This document shows, one piece after another, positions 19,625-30,085 of a DNA stretch of 58,135 bases. Each line of letters begins with the position of its first letter. The first letter of the stretch is position 1. Position numbers and translations under genes: made by a program. This DNA comes from Dehalococcoidales bacterium (lineage in GTDB: Bacteria; Chloroflexota; Dehalococcoidia; Dehalococcoidales; Fen-1064), in assembly GCA_020342155.1 (NCBI GenBank), contig CP070842.1, positions 398,388-456,522 of the forward strand, read 5' to 3'. The notes below the pieces were generated by a model. It saw only the letters and a program-made list of their open reading frames with translations, ran no database searches and was not told the origin of the DNA.

Positions 19625-20248
19625 ATGGCAAGATATACTGGGTCCGTCTGTCATCTATGTCGGCGATGTGGTGATAAACTGATGCTCAAGGGGAGTCGCT
19701 GCTACACGCCGAAGTGTGCCATGGAGCGAAGGCGACGGCCTACCGGGCAACGGTTCCGTCGGCGTCGGGTTTCTGACCGTGGTCTGCAACTGGCAGAGAA
19801 GCAGAAGGCTCGTTACACCTACGGCGTGCTGGAGAAGCAGTTCCGGAGGACCTTTGCTCAAGCCGAGCGACAGCCTGGTGTCACGGGGGACAATCTGATA
19901 GCATTGCTGGAGAGGCGGCTGGACAACGTGGTCTACCGCCTTGGATTTGCTGATTCCAGAAATCAGGCCCGTCAGATTGTGTTGCACGGACATATCGTTT
20001 TGAGCGGTCGCCGGACAAACATCCCGTCCTGTTTGGTAAAGGAAGGTGATACCATCTCCTGGCGGGAAGGCAGTACCAAGACCGAGTATTTCAAACAGGT
20101 TGCCGGGGAAATCGGGTCGAAGTCTGTCCCAAGCTGGCTCGGACTCGACAGAGATAATCTTGTCGGACAGGTTATATCCATGCCGACACCTGAAGACGCC
20201 GGGGTTAAGTTTGAGGGACAGAGTATCGTTGAGTACTACTCGCGGTAA
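19625..20248 (+). CDS. rpsD: 30S ribosomal protein S4 with N-terminal Cys/zinc motif
   Basis: MARYTG.VCHLCRR, LERRLDNVVYRLG, VEYYSR. Confidence 0.98.
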   Translation: MARYTGSVCHLCRRCGDKLMLKGSRCYTPKCAMERRRRPTGQRFRRRRVSDRGLQLAEKQKARYTYGVLEKQFRRTFAQAERQPGVTGDNLIALLERRLDNVVYRLGFADSRNQARQIVLHGHIVLSGRRTNIPSCLVKEGDTISWREGSTKTEYFKQVAGEIGSKSVPSWLGLDRDNLVGQVISMPTPEDAGVKFEGQSIVEYYSR

Positions 20249-20282
20249 AGTCGCGTGATAGGCACTATAAGGAGGTAGGAGT

Positions 20283-21338
20283 TTGTCTCTATCGGCAATA
20301 GCTAAGATTGAGTGCGTCGAAACTAGGGACAACTACGGACGCTTTGTGGCTGAGCCACTGGATAAAGGCTTCGGTATGACCATGGGGAATGCCCTGAGGC
20401 GAGTAATGCTTGGTCATCTCCCGGGAGCGGCCATAACCCGGGTCAGGATTGAGGGGATTCAGCATGAGTTCTCTTCTATTCCTCATGTGAGGGAGGACGT
20501 CATCGAGTTTCTCCTTAACGTGAAGGCGATACGGTTGAAGCCAATCGCAGAGCGGCCTGGCAGGTTGATTCTGGACATGGCGGGGGAGGGACGTGTCTGT
20601 GCAGCCGATATTAACCCTTCGTCCGACTTCGAGATTGCCAATCCCGAACTCTATCTGGCGACGATGGATTCTCCAGAAGCCAGGCTCTTCGTCGAGTTTG
20701 ATGTGGAGATAGGTGTGGGCTACATGGAAGCTGAGTCTGGTGATAGTATGCCGCTGGGAGTAATTCCGGTGGATGCTATCTTCACCCCGGTACGTAAGGT
20801 CAACTACACAATCGAACCGCTACACGTTGGCCGTGAGACCAGCCACGAGCGGTTATATCTTGAGATATGGACTGACGGCACTATTGAGGCTGGTGAGGCC
20901 ATGAGCCAGAGCGCCAGTATTCTTATGACTATGTTGAACTCATTTGTAAACTATGGCACCGTCGTCCCAGATGAGGTGGAGAAGGAGTTTGCTGAACTGG
21001 CCATGTCCGAAGAGCAGTATAACATGCCGGTGGAACAGCTTGCCCTTTCCGTGCGGACCATGAATTGTCTGAGGCGCGGTAACATCACAACTGTCGGTGA
21101 GTTGATTAGCCGGGGTGAGAAGGGGCTCCTGGCGTTGCGGAATTTCGGGCAGAAATCAAGGCAGGAGATTGAGGAACGGCTCAACGAATTCGGACTCTCT
21201 CTCATTCCCAAGACTGAAGAAGCAGAGGAGCCTGCTGAAGTCGAGGCTGATGACTTAGTGGCCAGTGCCGCCGAAGCTGCTACAGTCCCTGGAGCCGAGG
21301 GTGAAGCCGGAGAAGACGAGGGCCGTAACGATGAGTGA
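20283..21338 (+). CDS. rpoA: RNA polymerase subunit alpha with acidic C-terminal tail
   Basis: EPLDKGFGMTMGNALRR, IQHEFS, LSVRTMNCL, RNFGQKS. Confidence 0.98.
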   Translation: MSLSAIAKIECVETRDNYGRFVAEPLDKGFGMTMGNALRRVMLGHLPGAAITRVRIEGIQHEFSSIPHVREDVIEFLLNVKAIRLKPIAERPGRLILDMAGEGRVCAADINPSSDFEIANPELYLATMDSPEARLFVEFDVEIGVGYMEAESGDSMPLGVIPVDAIFTPVRKVNYTIEPLHVGRETSHERLYLEIWTDGTIEAGEAMSQSASILMTMLNSFVNYGTVVPDEVEKEFAELAMSEEQYNMPVEQLALSVRTMNCLRRGNITTVGELISRGEKGLLALRNFGQKSRQEIEERLNEFGLSLIPKTEEAEEPAEVEADDLVASAAEAATVPGAEGEAGEDEGRNDE

Positions 21339-21356
21339 TAGAAACGGGTAAACAAC

Positions 21357-21710
21357 ATGGGGCGTAAAATATCCGGCAGGAAACTAGCGAGGTCTTCAGG
21401 TTACCAGAGGGCGATGCATCGCAACCTAGTGACTGACCTTTTGAACTATGAAAAGATTACAACCACCGAGGCCAGAGCTAAACAGGTACGCGGTCTGGCG
21501 GAGAAGATGGTTACCCTGGGTAAAGAGGGCAGCTTGCACTCCCGTCGCCAGGCACTGACGTTTATCTTCAGCAAAAAGGTGACTGATAAAGTGTTTGATG
21601 AGCTGGCGACGCGTTATGCAGAGCGGCCTGGCGGCTATACAAGGATTACCAAGCTGGGCCCCAGGCAGGGTGATGGGGCTGCAATGGTCCAGCTTGAGCT
21701 GGTGGAATGA
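21357..21710 (+). CDS. rplQ: 50S ribosomal protein L17
   Basis: [17 protein letters not shown]. Confidence 0.98.
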   Translation: MGRKISGRKLARSSGYQRAMHRNLVTDLLNYEKITTTEARAKQVRGLAEKMVTLGKEGSLHSRRQALTFIFSKKVTDKVFDELATRYAERPGGYTRITKLGPRQGDGAAMVQLELVE

Positions 21711-22537
21711 TATTATCTGCTGTGGCTGATTCTGAAGTCGAGAGGGGTAACCCGGTGACTACCACAAGGATGGTGCTGGTCGTTGAGTACAATGGCACCA
21801 ACTACTACGGCTCGCAGTGGCAGACCGGTTTGCCTACTATTCAGAGTGAGATAGAGAAGGCGCTGCGGGGACTGACCGGAGAAACAATTCGGGTAGCGAT
21901 GGCCAGTCGGACTGATGCCGGGGTACATGCCCAAAGACAGGTTGTCAGTTTTCTAACCGGTTCGGCGCTGTCCCGGGAGACCTTTATCAGCGGACTGAAT
22001 CACTACCTACCGCAGGACATTGCTGTCAAGTCGACGTACATCATGGATGAGTTCTTTGAAGTTCGGCGTATTGCGATGAGCCGGCAGTACCGCTACAGCA
22101 TATTGAATGTGGGGACCCGCTCACCACTCCGTGAATCTTTTGCCTACCGCGTTGTCGGTACTCTGGATGTCGATGGGATGGACCAGGCGTGTCAAGCCCT
22201 TGTCGGTGAGCACGATTTCGCCTCGTTTGCCAGCGGTATCGGGGGTGAGGAAAAGAGCACGGTTCGGCGAGTCTATCAGGCTGGTGTTGGCAGAAAAGGA
22301 GACTTTGTGGTTCTTGACATGGTAGCCAATGCCTTTGTGCGTCATCAGGTGCGCAGTACCGCTGGCTGTCTGGTCAGCATTGGTCTGGGCAAGATGAGTC
22401 TCGACGAGTTTTACAGTATAATCGAGGTAAAGCAACCAGGGCTTGCTGGGCCGACACTGCCGGCATGCGGACTTTGCCTAGTACGGGTGAACTACCCCCA
22501 CCCTTTTGAGGAATTGAACGATGACGAAGACCTATAG
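21707..22537 (+). CDS. truA: tRNA pseudouridine(38-40) synthase
   Basis: [21 protein letters not shown]; start may be downstream. Confidence 0.95.
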   Translation: MILSAVADSEVERGNPVTTTRMVLVVEYNGTNYYGSQWQTGLPTIQSEIEKALRGLTGETIRVAMASRTDAGVHAQRQVVSFLTGSALSRETFISGLNHYLPQDIAVKSTYIMDEFFEVRRIAMSRQYRYSILNVGTRSPLRESFAYRVVGTLDVDGMDQACQALVGEHDFASFASGIGGEEKSTVRRVYQAGVGRKGDFVVLDMVANAFVRHQVRSTAGCLVSIGLGKMSLDEFYSIIEVKQPGLAGPTLPACGLCLVRVNYPHPFEELNDDEDL

Positions 22538-22955
22538 TATTAAAGCCTCTGACATTGAGCGGAAGTGGCACACTGTTGATGCCTCTGATGAAATCCTGGG
22601 CAGGCTAGCAACGAGGATTGCCACACTGCTCATGGGCAAGCACAAGCCAATGTTCTGCCGCAATCTGGACGTGGGTGATTTCGTGGTTGTTATTAACGCC
22701 GATAAAGTCAGGTTTACGGGTGACAAGGCCAAGCAGAAGATGTACTATCGGCATTCCGGCTACCCCGGTGGATTGAAGAGCACCAGCCTGGAGAAGATGA
22801 TGCAGACCCACCCTACCAGGGTGATTGAGCGTGCTGTCAAGGGCATGTTGCCGCGAAATAAGCTGAGTGCGGGTATGATGAAGCGTCTCAAGATTTACGT
22901 CGGGGACAGTCATCCTCATCAGGGACAGGTCGGTTCAAAAGTCGTGAATGCATAA
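22521..22955 (+). CDS. rplM: 50S ribosomal protein L13
   Basis: LGRLA, GKHKP, HSGYPGG, VKGMLP. Confidence 0.98.
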   Translation: MTKTYSIKASDIERKWHTVDASDEILGRLATRIATLLMGKHKPMFCRNLDVGDFVVVINADKVRFTGDKAKQKMYYRHSGYPGGLKSTSLEKMMQTHPTRVIERAVKGMLPRNKLSAGMMKRLKIYVGDSHPHQGQVGSKVVNA

Positions 22956-23030
22956 TAATGGCCATTGCCAAAGGGCAGGCAACAATAAATAGGCTTTAAC
23001 TGATATCGAAGCGAGGAGAGAAGGATTTAG

Positions 23031-23429
23031 TTGGCGGAACAGAATTATTTTTATGGGACTGGCCGGCGTAAGTCGGCAGTTGCTCGAGTGAAACTGACGC
23101 CGGGTGGTGGCGGTGCTATTATTGTCAATGGCATTCCTTATGAGGAGCTGTTTCCTCGTATCGAACAACGGAACACAGTAGCGAAGCCTCTCATGGTTAC
23201 TGGCACCCTTGACAAGTACAACGCCGTCGTCAAGGTTACTGGGGGTGGTGTCAATGGCCAGAGCGGGGCTGTCTGTCACGGTATCGCCCGGGCATTACTG
23301 AAGGCTGACGAAGGCCACCGGTCGATGCTGCGCCAGCACGGACTGCTCACGCGGGATGCCCGCGTCAAAGAGAGGAAGAAGGCCGGTCTCAAGCGAGCCC
23401 GCAAGGCGCCACAATACACCAAGCGGTAG
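23031..23429 (+). CDS. rpsI: 30S ribosomal protein S9
   Basis: GTGRRKSAVARV, ARKAPQYTKR. Confidence 0.98.
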   Translation: MAEQNYFYGTGRRKSAVARVKLTPGGGGAIIVNGIPYEELFPRIEQRNTVAKPLMVTGTLDKYNAVVKVTGGGVNGQSGAVCHGIARALLKADEGHRSMLRQHGLLTRDARVKERKKAGLKRARKAPQYTKR

Positions 23430-23519
23430 TTGTCCTGGAAGCTCGGCCTTTGCCAGGCTCCTCACTTAGTTCCGTTACTGAAGTCATGCTGATGTTACTG
23501 CTTGGACTAGAGTTCCGCC

Positions 23520-23975
23520 ATGGTTGACGAGATGCCTGAGATGAAGCTGAGGGCTATCGGCGTGGTGCGGAACGGACTTGACACGCCACCGACGCCACGC
23601 AGTGACTGGGAGAAGGTAACTTCCGAGATTGTGATTGATGGCAGTCTGAACGAGGCACTCGATGGTATTGAGGAGTTCTCCCACCTTGTCGTCCTTTTCT
23701 GGATGCACCGCCTCCGCGAAGGTGATACCCCCCTCAAACAACGTCCTATGGGAAATCTTGACCGTCCTCTCAAGGGGCTTTTTGCCCTGCGGACGCCAAA
23801 CCGGCCTAATCCCGTCGGTAAAACGACCGTCAGGTTATTGGAGCGTAAGGGCAACATACTGAAAGTTAAGGGCCTGGATGCCCTCGATGGCTCCCCTGTG
23901 ATAGATATCAAGCCGTATATGCCGGGGTATGATGCGGCGGCTGATGCTACCGTCCCTGCCTGGATAGCTAATTGA
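23520..23975 (+). CDS. trmO: TrmO/TsaA-like tRNA methyltransferase (UPF0066)
   Basis: GLFALRTPNRPNP, LDALDGSPVIDIKPY. Confidence 0.85.
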   Translation: MVDEMPEMKLRAIGVVRNGLDTPPTPRSDWEKVTSEIVIDGSLNEALDGIEEFSHLVVLFWMHRLREGDTPLKQRPMGNLDRPLKGLFALRTPNRPNPVGKTTVRLLERKGNILKVKGLDALDGSPVIDIKPYMPGYDAAADATVPAWIAN

Positions 23976-24631
23976 CTGAGGAGAAACTGCTGAATATTTA
24001 CCATCGCCTTTTCGAATGCTACGGGCCGCAGCACTGGTGGCCAGCGGAGGAACCGTTTGAGGTGATGGTCGGTGCTGTCCTTACCCAATCAGCTGCCTGG
24101 ACTAACGTAGAGAAGGCAATCGGAAATCTAAGAGAAGCCGGGGCACTTTCACCGGAGGAATTACGCCAGTTACCCTTACCCGAACTTGCCAGCCTCATCT
24201 TCTCCAGCGGCTACTACAATGCTAAAGCCCTCAAGTTGAAGGCTCTGGCTGACTACCTTGGGGAATACAAGGACGACCTGAACCGACTGTTTTCGGTCGG
24301 TACCTGCCAGCTTCGTCGTGAGCTTCTGACAGTGCATGGCATCGGTGAGGAGACCGCCGATTCGATATTACTCTATGCCGTAAACCGTCCAATTTTTGTG
24401 GTTGATGCTTATACCCGCCGTATTTTCAGTCGTGTTGGTCTGGCACCGGATAGCGACCGCTATACCGACTACCAGAGCCTTTTCATGGAGAACCTGCCGG
24501 CCGATGTCGGCCTTTTCAACGAATATCATGCCCTGCTGGTCTGCCTCGGGAAGAATGTTTGCCGCAGGCACCCTTTCTGCCAGCAGTGCTGTCTCGATGG
24601 TGATTTCTGTCACTTCAGTGAGGCTAGTTAG
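23972..24631 (+). CDS. HhH-GPD DNA glycosylase related to endonuclease III
   Basis: GPQHWWP, GAVLTQ, HhH GIGEETADSILLY, VVDAY, C-terminal Cys cluster. Confidence 0.85.
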   Translation: MTEEKLLNIYHRLFECYGPQHWWPAEEPFEVMVGAVLTQSAAWTNVEKAIGNLREAGALSPEELRQLPLPELASLIFSSGYYNAKALKLKALADYLGEYKDDLNRLFSVGTCQLRRELLTVHGIGEETADSILLYAVNRPIFVVDAYTRRIFSRVGLAPDSDRYTDYQSLFMENLPADVGLFNEYHALLVCLGKNVCRRHPFCQQCCLDGDFCHFSEAS

Positions 24632-24639
24632 GAGGATAT

Positions 24640-25179
24640 ATGCTCATCGGACTACTCTCGGACACTCATCTCGCCTTTCCCAGTCAACCGCTTCCTCCCG
24701 AGGTGCTGACGGCCTTCAAGGGTGTCGACCTGATTCTGCATATGGGGGATGTCTGGATTCCTTCGGTGCTGGATACACTGGAATCCGTGGCCCCGGTGCT
24801 CGCCGCCAGAGGCGATGATGATATGGACGAGGATTTCGGTGAAGATAGCCGGATGAAAAGGACACAGGTACTTGAGGTAGAGGGGATTACGCTCTGGGCA
24901 ACCCATATCAAACCACGCTACGGTCAGATTGTCCCTCAGGAGCAAACCAATTCATACTCCGCCATATTTCGCCAAAAGCCAGCGGATGACCCGGTAGACC
25001 CTCCTGACGTGGTCGCCTTCGGCCACAGCCACTTTGCTGAGATTGAGGAATACAAAGGGGTGCTACTGATAAATCCCGGCAGTCCTACCATGCCAAGCTA
25101 TATCCCCAAACTGGGCAGTGTCGGTCTGCTGACTGTTAAAACCGGCAAGGTAGAGGCTCGCCTGGTGAACCTTGAATAA
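24640..25179 (+). CDS. YfcE-like metallophosphoesterase
   Basis: SDTH, HMGD, GHSH, INPGS. Confidence 0.85.
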   Translation: MLIGLLSDTHLAFPSQPLPPEVLTAFKGVDLILHMGDVWIPSVLDTLESVAPVLAARGDDDMDEDFGEDSRMKRTQVLEVEGITLWATHIKPRYGQIVPQEQTNSYSAIFRQKPADDPVDPPDVVAFGHSHFAEIEEYKGVLLINPGSPTMPSYIPKLGSVGLLTVKTGKVEARLVNLE

Positions 25180-25194
25180 GGTCCCAGGTCTGAT

Positions 25195-25223
25195 TTGACG
25201 TCGCCAACCATGTTGTTTAAGAT
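25195..25223 (+). promoter_or_regulatory. sigma70-type promoter of the acyl-CoA cluster
   Basis: TTGACG, 17 nt, TAAGAT. Confidence 0.6.
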
Positions 25224-25273
25224 AAGCTCTACTGGTAGCAGAGACTGTTCCTGTGGTTCTCAAGAGGGAAACC

Positions 25274-26008
25274 ATGTCCGATTCGGTGGTTATCTATAGT
25301 AAAAGGCAGCACTTCGTAGTCATCACCCTCAACCGGCCCGGGGCGGGCAACGTGATTAATCAGCAACTCGCTCAGGAGATAGCCGACGTATGCCAGCAGA
25401 TAAATCAGGATGATGAAGTTCGTGTCGTCGTTGTCACGGGTGCCGGGGACATTTTCTGTGATGGTAGCGAGCTAGCCGTACCCTGTGGGGTCGCTGCCGC
25501 GGTGGCAAGTCTGGAGCAACCGGTGATTGCGGCTATCAATGGTGATGCCCTGGGGCAGGGGTTGGAGCTTGCGCTGAGCTGTGATATAAGGTTGGCCGTG
25601 AACGAGGCAAGGTTAGGCTTCGCCGAGGTTGCTGCAGGTATTATCCCGATGGACGGCGGGACACAGCGTTTATCTCGTATTGTGGGCAGGGGTAAAGCCC
25701 TAGAAATGCTCTTCACCGGCGAAAAAATCAGTGCTGAGGAAGCTTTTGATATCGGGCTAGTCAACAAAGTATTCGAGCGCGAGGCGCTGACTTCCGAGGT
25801 GGAAACAATGGTTGAGAACCTGGCAGGTAAGGCACCGATTGCTCTCAGGTATGTCAAGGAGGCGGTCAATAAGGGACTCGACCTGACGCTCGACCAGGGT
25901 CTCCGCCTTGAGGCAGACCTCTATTTCCTGCTGCATACAACGGCCGACCGTACCGAAGGAATCAGGGCCTTTCAAGAAAAGAGGTCGCCCGATTTCAAGG
26001 GGCAGTAG
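25274..26008 (+). CDS. Enoyl-CoA hydratase/isomerase family protein
   Basis: ITLNRP, PVIAAING.ALG.GLELAL.CD, GGTQRL; ATG 25274 after GAGGG. Confidence 0.9.
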   Translation: MSDSVVIYSKRQHFVVITLNRPGAGNVINQQLAQEIADVCQQINQDDEVRVVVVTGAGDIFCDGSELAVPCGVAAAVASLEQPVIAAINGDALGQGLELALSCDIRLAVNEARLGFAEVAAGIIPMDGGTQRLSRIVGRGKALEMLFTGEKISAEEAFDIGLVNKVFEREALTSEVETMVENLAGKAPIALRYVKEAVNKGLDLTLDQGLRLEADLYFLLHTTADRTEGIRAFQEKRSPDFKGQ

Positions 26009-26047
26009 GCTTGGTTATTGCTGTTGATTCATAGTTAAGGTAGAAAA

Positions 26048-26563
26048 TTGCTGAGCCCCCGTAGTATAGATATTAAGACTGATAAGGATACTCTCCTGGA
26101 GCTTCATTGTCGAATCAACTATGAAAGTGAGTGTGCGTGGGCCCGGGCGAGACCGTATGAGCAGTACCGAGAGAAGTGGTTTAGCACCTCACAGCCGGAA
26201 TCGTACTTGAAAGACCTCGTCGAATCTATGAAGGACAAGAGAACTATTGCGGAGATATGGCAGAATGAAGACTCTGTGATAGCTTATTTGTGGGTGACGT
26301 TTACAAATATGCCTGATTACAACATCTCTATCGCAGAAATCAACGACATGGCAGTTTCTCCTGATTTTCAGCGTCGGGGAATAGCATTGAAGCTCATGGC
26401 ATATATTGAGCAGCAGGCTCGAGATAGGGGGGCTAATTTGCTGCGCTCTGGAACGGGATTCGAAAATACGGCTTCCCAGGGACTTCACGCGAAGTCTGGC
26501 TTTCAAACATATAGCATACGATATGAGAAATTATTAACTCCGCGTAATGTAGAATCCCAATGA
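26048..26563 (+). CDS. GNAT acetyltransferase
   Basis: VSPDFQRRGIA (motif A), NTASQGLH (motif B). Confidence 0.85.
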   Translation: MLSPRSIDIKTDKDTLLELHCRINYESECAWARARPYEQYREKWFSTSQPESYLKDLVESMKDKRTIAEIWQNEDSVIAYLWVTFTNMPDYNISIAEINDMAVSPDFQRRGIALKLMAYIEQQARDRGANLLRSGTGFENTASQGLHAKSGFQTYSIRYEKLLTPRNVESQ

Positions 26564-27303
26564 GTGGTTTCGAGACAATCATCTACGAGAAGCAGGACAA
26601 CGTCGGTTACATTACGCTTAACCGACCGAAAGCACTGAATGTCTACAACATCCAGATGCGGGACGAGTTGTTTCAGGTCCTGGGTGCTATTAAGGATGAC
26701 CCGGAGGTGAAAGTCGGGGTGATCAGGGGTGCTGGCGAGAAAGCCTTCTGTGCCGGAGCCGACCTGACCGAGTTTCTCATGGCACCTTCACCGACCATTG
26801 CTCGCCAGGTACGATGGCAGCGCGATATCTGGGGGCTTTTCTTGAGTATAAATAAACCAATGATTGCTGCCCTGCATGGCTACGTGTTCGGGTCGGGAAT
26901 TGAGATGGCGTTGTGCTGTGACATCAGGGTGGCTTCGGATGATGTCCAGCTTGGTGTTCCCGAAACAGGGCTGGGCATAGTTCCTGCCGCCGGTGGTACC
27001 CAGACCCTACCAAGGACAGTAGGCAGGGGTTATGCTCTGGAGCTGCTGCTGTCTGGCCGCTGGGTCAAGGCAGAAGAGGCGCTTCGAATAAAGCTGGTCA
27101 ACCGGGTGGTGCCCCGGGAAGTCCTGTGGCCGGAGGTTGACCGACTGGCCGGGAAGATTAAAGTACATGGTGCCAATGTGCTAAGCTATACCAAGCAGGC
27201 GGTAATCCAGGGGCTTGACCTGACACTGGAACAGGGACTTGAGCTCGAGTCCAGACTGGGGGCCAGTCTGCTTGAGGAAATGATGAAGGAGGAAGCGACA
27301 TGA
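26560..27303 (+). CDS. Enoyl-CoA hydratase/isomerase family protein
   Basis: AFCAGADL, GIEMALCCD, PETGLGIVP. Confidence 0.92.
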   Translation: MSGFETIIYEKQDNVGYITLNRPKALNVYNIQMRDELFQVLGAIKDDPEVKVGVIRGAGEKAFCAGADLTEFLMAPSPTIARQVRWQRDIWGLFLSINKPMIAALHGYVFGSGIEMALCCDIRVASDDVQLGVPETGLGIVPAAGGTQTLPRTVGRGYALELLLSGRWVKAEEALRIKLVNRVVPREVLWPEVDRLAGKIKVHGANVLSYTKQAVIQGLDLTLEQGLELESRLGASLLEEMMKEEAT

Positions 27304-28871
27304 ATACCTCGGAGTTTCTCACAATAGCTACGGCAATCTGTCCGGACAAGGAGGCAATCGTCTTTGAAGGCAAGCGGTTTACCTTTAGCCAGCTAAATGA
27401 GCGAGTGAACCGGCTGGCCAATGCCCTGTCTGCTTTGGGAGTAGAGAAAGGCGAACGGGTGGCATTGCTCCATGTCAACTGCAACCAGTGTATCGAAGGT
27501 TACTTTGCCATCGCCAAGCTCGGTGCTATCTATGTGCCCCTCAACTTCAGGGCGAAGCAACACGAGTTGTCCTACATGATTAATACTGCCGAGGCGCACA
27601 CGGTCCTGGTCGGGGAGCGCTACCTTGAGATGATAGACTCAATCAAGGCGGAGATGCCCAGTGTTAAGAATTACATCTCGATTGATACTCCGTACGAGGG
27701 TATGACCAACTACGAGGATATCATAGCTGGTGCCAGTGATGATGAAGTATTCACCGAGATAGATGATGACGACACCACGATATTGATGTATACCGCCGGC
27801 ACTACCGGTTTCCCCAAGGGCGTGATGTTGTCTCACAACAGCTTCTCTATCTACGTGCTGGAGAACGTAACGCCGGCTGACCCTACGGTAGATGAGAACA
27901 ATATCCTGACAGTTCCTCTCTATCATGTCGCTGGTATTCAGGCAATGATGGCGGCGATATATGGCGGACGGACACTGGTGATGGAGAGACAGTTTGAGCC
28001 GGCCGAATGGATGGGACTGGTACAGGCGGAGAAGGTAGGCCGGGCGATGATGGTGCCTACTATGCTCAAGCAGCTGTTAGACCATCCCGATTTTGAGAAA
28101 TACGACCTGAGTAGCCTCCAGGTAATTACCTATGGCGCGGCACCAATGCCGCTGCCGGTAATTAAGAAGGCGATGGAGGTTTTTCCGGGAGTCAGCTTCA
28201 TCAATGCCTTCGGGCAGACCGAAACGGCATCGACTATTACCACCTTGAGTCCGGATGACCACGTTTTAACCGGTACCGAGGAGGAAAGGGAGAAGAAGCT
28301 GCAGAGGCTTACATCAATCGGTCGGCCGATGTCCGATGTTGAGATGAGAATAATGGATGAAGAGGGCAATGAGCTGCCTCCGGGAGAGGTCGGTGAGATT
28401 GTTGCCCGGGGTCCTAGGGTTATGAGTGGGTACTGGAAGGAAGAGGAGAAGACGGCCAAGACAATCGATAAGGACGGCTGGGTCCATACCGGTGATATGG
28501 GCTATATGGATGAGGAAGGCTATTTCTTCCTGGCAGGAAGGACCACCGACATGATTATCCGGGGAGGGGAGAACATCTCGCCGGAGGAGGTAGAAGCAGT
28601 ACTCCACCAGCATCATAAAATCGAGGAAGCGGCTGTAATTGGAGTTCCGGACGAGGACTGGGGTGAGGTGCCTATCTGTGTGGTTGTCCTCAAGGAAGGC
28701 GAAACAGCTACCGACGCAGAAATAATGGAGCACTGCCGTCAGGCGTTGGCCAGCTACAAGCGGCCCAGGTCAGTAATCTTCACTGATGAGCTTCCGCGAA
28801 ACCCGATGGGCAAGGTCCTGAAGCGAGTGTTACGTGAGCAGCACGGTGGCGGTTCAGAGGAGAATAAGTAG
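27300..28871 (+). CDS. Long-chain fatty-acid-CoA ligase (FadD-like)
   Basis: YTAGTTGFPKG, FGQTE, HTGD, IIRGGENI, LPRNPMGKV. Confidence 0.92.
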   Translation: MNTSEFLTIATAICPDKEAIVFEGKRFTFSQLNERVNRLANALSALGVEKGERVALLHVNCNQCIEGYFAIAKLGAIYVPLNFRAKQHELSYMINTAEAHTVLVGERYLEMIDSIKAEMPSVKNYISIDTPYEGMTNYEDIIAGASDDEVFTEIDDDDTTILMYTAGTTGFPKGVMLSHNSFSIYVLENVTPADPTVDENNILTVPLYHVAGIQAMMAAIYGGRTLVMERQFEPAEWMGLVQAEKVGRAMMVPTMLKQLLDHPDFEKYDLSSLQVITYGAAPMPLPVIKKAMEVFPGVSFINAFGQTETASTITTLSPDDHVLTGTEEEREKKLQRLTSIGRPMSDVEMRIMDEEGNELPPGEVGEIVARGPRVMSGYWKEEEKTAKTIDKDGWVHTGDMGYMDEEGYFFLAGRTTDMIIRGGENISPEEVEAVLHQHHKIEEAAVIGVPDEDWGEVPICVVVLKEGETATDAEIMEHCRQALASYKRPRSVIFTDELPRNPMGKVLKRVLREQHGGGSEENK

Positions 28872-28897
28872 GGCTCAGTGAGTCGTTTAGGGGGAAT

Positions 28898-30043
28898 ATG
28901 GACTTTTCTCTGACTGAAGACCAGAAAATGCTCCGGGCGATGGTCCGGAATTTCGCCGAGAAAGAACTGGAGCCAATTGCTGCCGAGATAGACGAGAAGG
29001 CCAGGTTTCCTGCCGAGAGCATTAGTAAGGCAGTCGAGCTCGGGCTAACAGGTATTGGCTATCCTGAGAAGTATGGCGGGAGTGGTGGTGGAGCGATTGA
29101 GCAGACTATTGTATTTGAGGAACTAGCATGGGCATGTGCGTCCACCAGCGGGATATTAATTGTCACCAATGAGCTTGCTGCCTACCCGCTTTATGCCTAC
29201 GGCACGGAGGAGCAAAAGCAGCAATACCTGGTACCGTTACTTAAGGGTGACAAACTGGGGGCTTTTGGCCTGACTGAGGCGGGTGCTGGTAGCGATGTCG
29301 CCGCCATGGCGATGACTGCCACTCGCCAGAATAATGTCTATGCTCTTAATGGCAATAAAATATTCATCAGCAACGGCGCCGAAGCGGATATCATTGTCAC
29401 GTTTGCCACTATAGACCGGTCTCAGGGATACCGGGGTGTTACGGCTTTCATCGTGGATAAGGGCACCCCGGGATTTTCGGTAGGTAAGCATGAGCGTAAG
29501 ATGGGTATCCGTGCCGCTTCAGCAACGGAACTGGTTTTTGAAGACTGTTTAGTACCGGTGGAGAACCGGCTTGGTGATGAAGGTAAGGGTTTCCGCATTG
29601 CGTTGGAGACGATTGACGCCAGCCGGCTGGGAATTGCGGCGCAGTCGCTCGGAGTTGCCCAGGCGGCATTTGAGAAATCACTGGCCTATTCGCGGGAGCG
29701 GCAGCAGTTCGGGCAACCAATCGCCAATTTCCAGGCGATACAGTGGATGCTGGCCGATATGGCAACCCAGATTGACGCTGCCCGGTTACTGACACATCGG
29801 GCAGCCTTTCTCAAAGATCAGGGTCTACCCTTTGTCAAGGAGTCCAGCATGGCCAAGTTACATGCCGCTGAGACCGCCATGTTTGTTACCACTAAGGCCA
29901 TCCAGATACACGGTGGTTACGGTTATACCAAAGATTTCGCGGTAGAGCGTTATTTCCGTGATGCCAAGATCATGGAGATATACGAAGGCACCTCAGAGAT
30001 GCAGCGGATGACTATTGCCCGGCAGCTCCTGAGAGATGAATAA
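28898..30043 (+). CDS. Short-chain acyl-CoA dehydrogenase
   Basis: LTEAGAGSD, NGNKIFISN, QIHGGYGY, IYEGTSE. Confidence 0.95.
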   Translation: MDFSLTEDQKMLRAMVRNFAEKELEPIAAEIDEKARFPAESISKAVELGLTGIGYPEKYGGSGGGAIEQTIVFEELAWACASTSGILIVTNELAAYPLYAYGTEEQKQQYLVPLLKGDKLGAFGLTEAGAGSDVAAMAMTATRQNNVYALNGNKIFISNGAEADIIVTFATIDRSQGYRGVTAFIVDKGTPGFSVGKHERKMGIRAASATELVFEDCLVPVENRLGDEGKGFRIALETIDASRLGIAAQSLGVAQAAFEKSLAYSRERQQFGQPIANFQAIQWMLADMATQIDAARLLTHRAAFLKDQGLPFVKESSMAKLHAAETAMFVTTKAIQIHGGYGYTKDFAVERYFRDAKIMEIYEGTSEMQRMTIARQLLRDE

Positions 30044-30085
30044 GACTTTAAGAGAAGCACTGCAGAGAAAGGAACAGGTAAGGAC

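Noticed and set aside
23430-23519. Terminator after rpsI
   Set aside because: Only a weak stem and no U tract.
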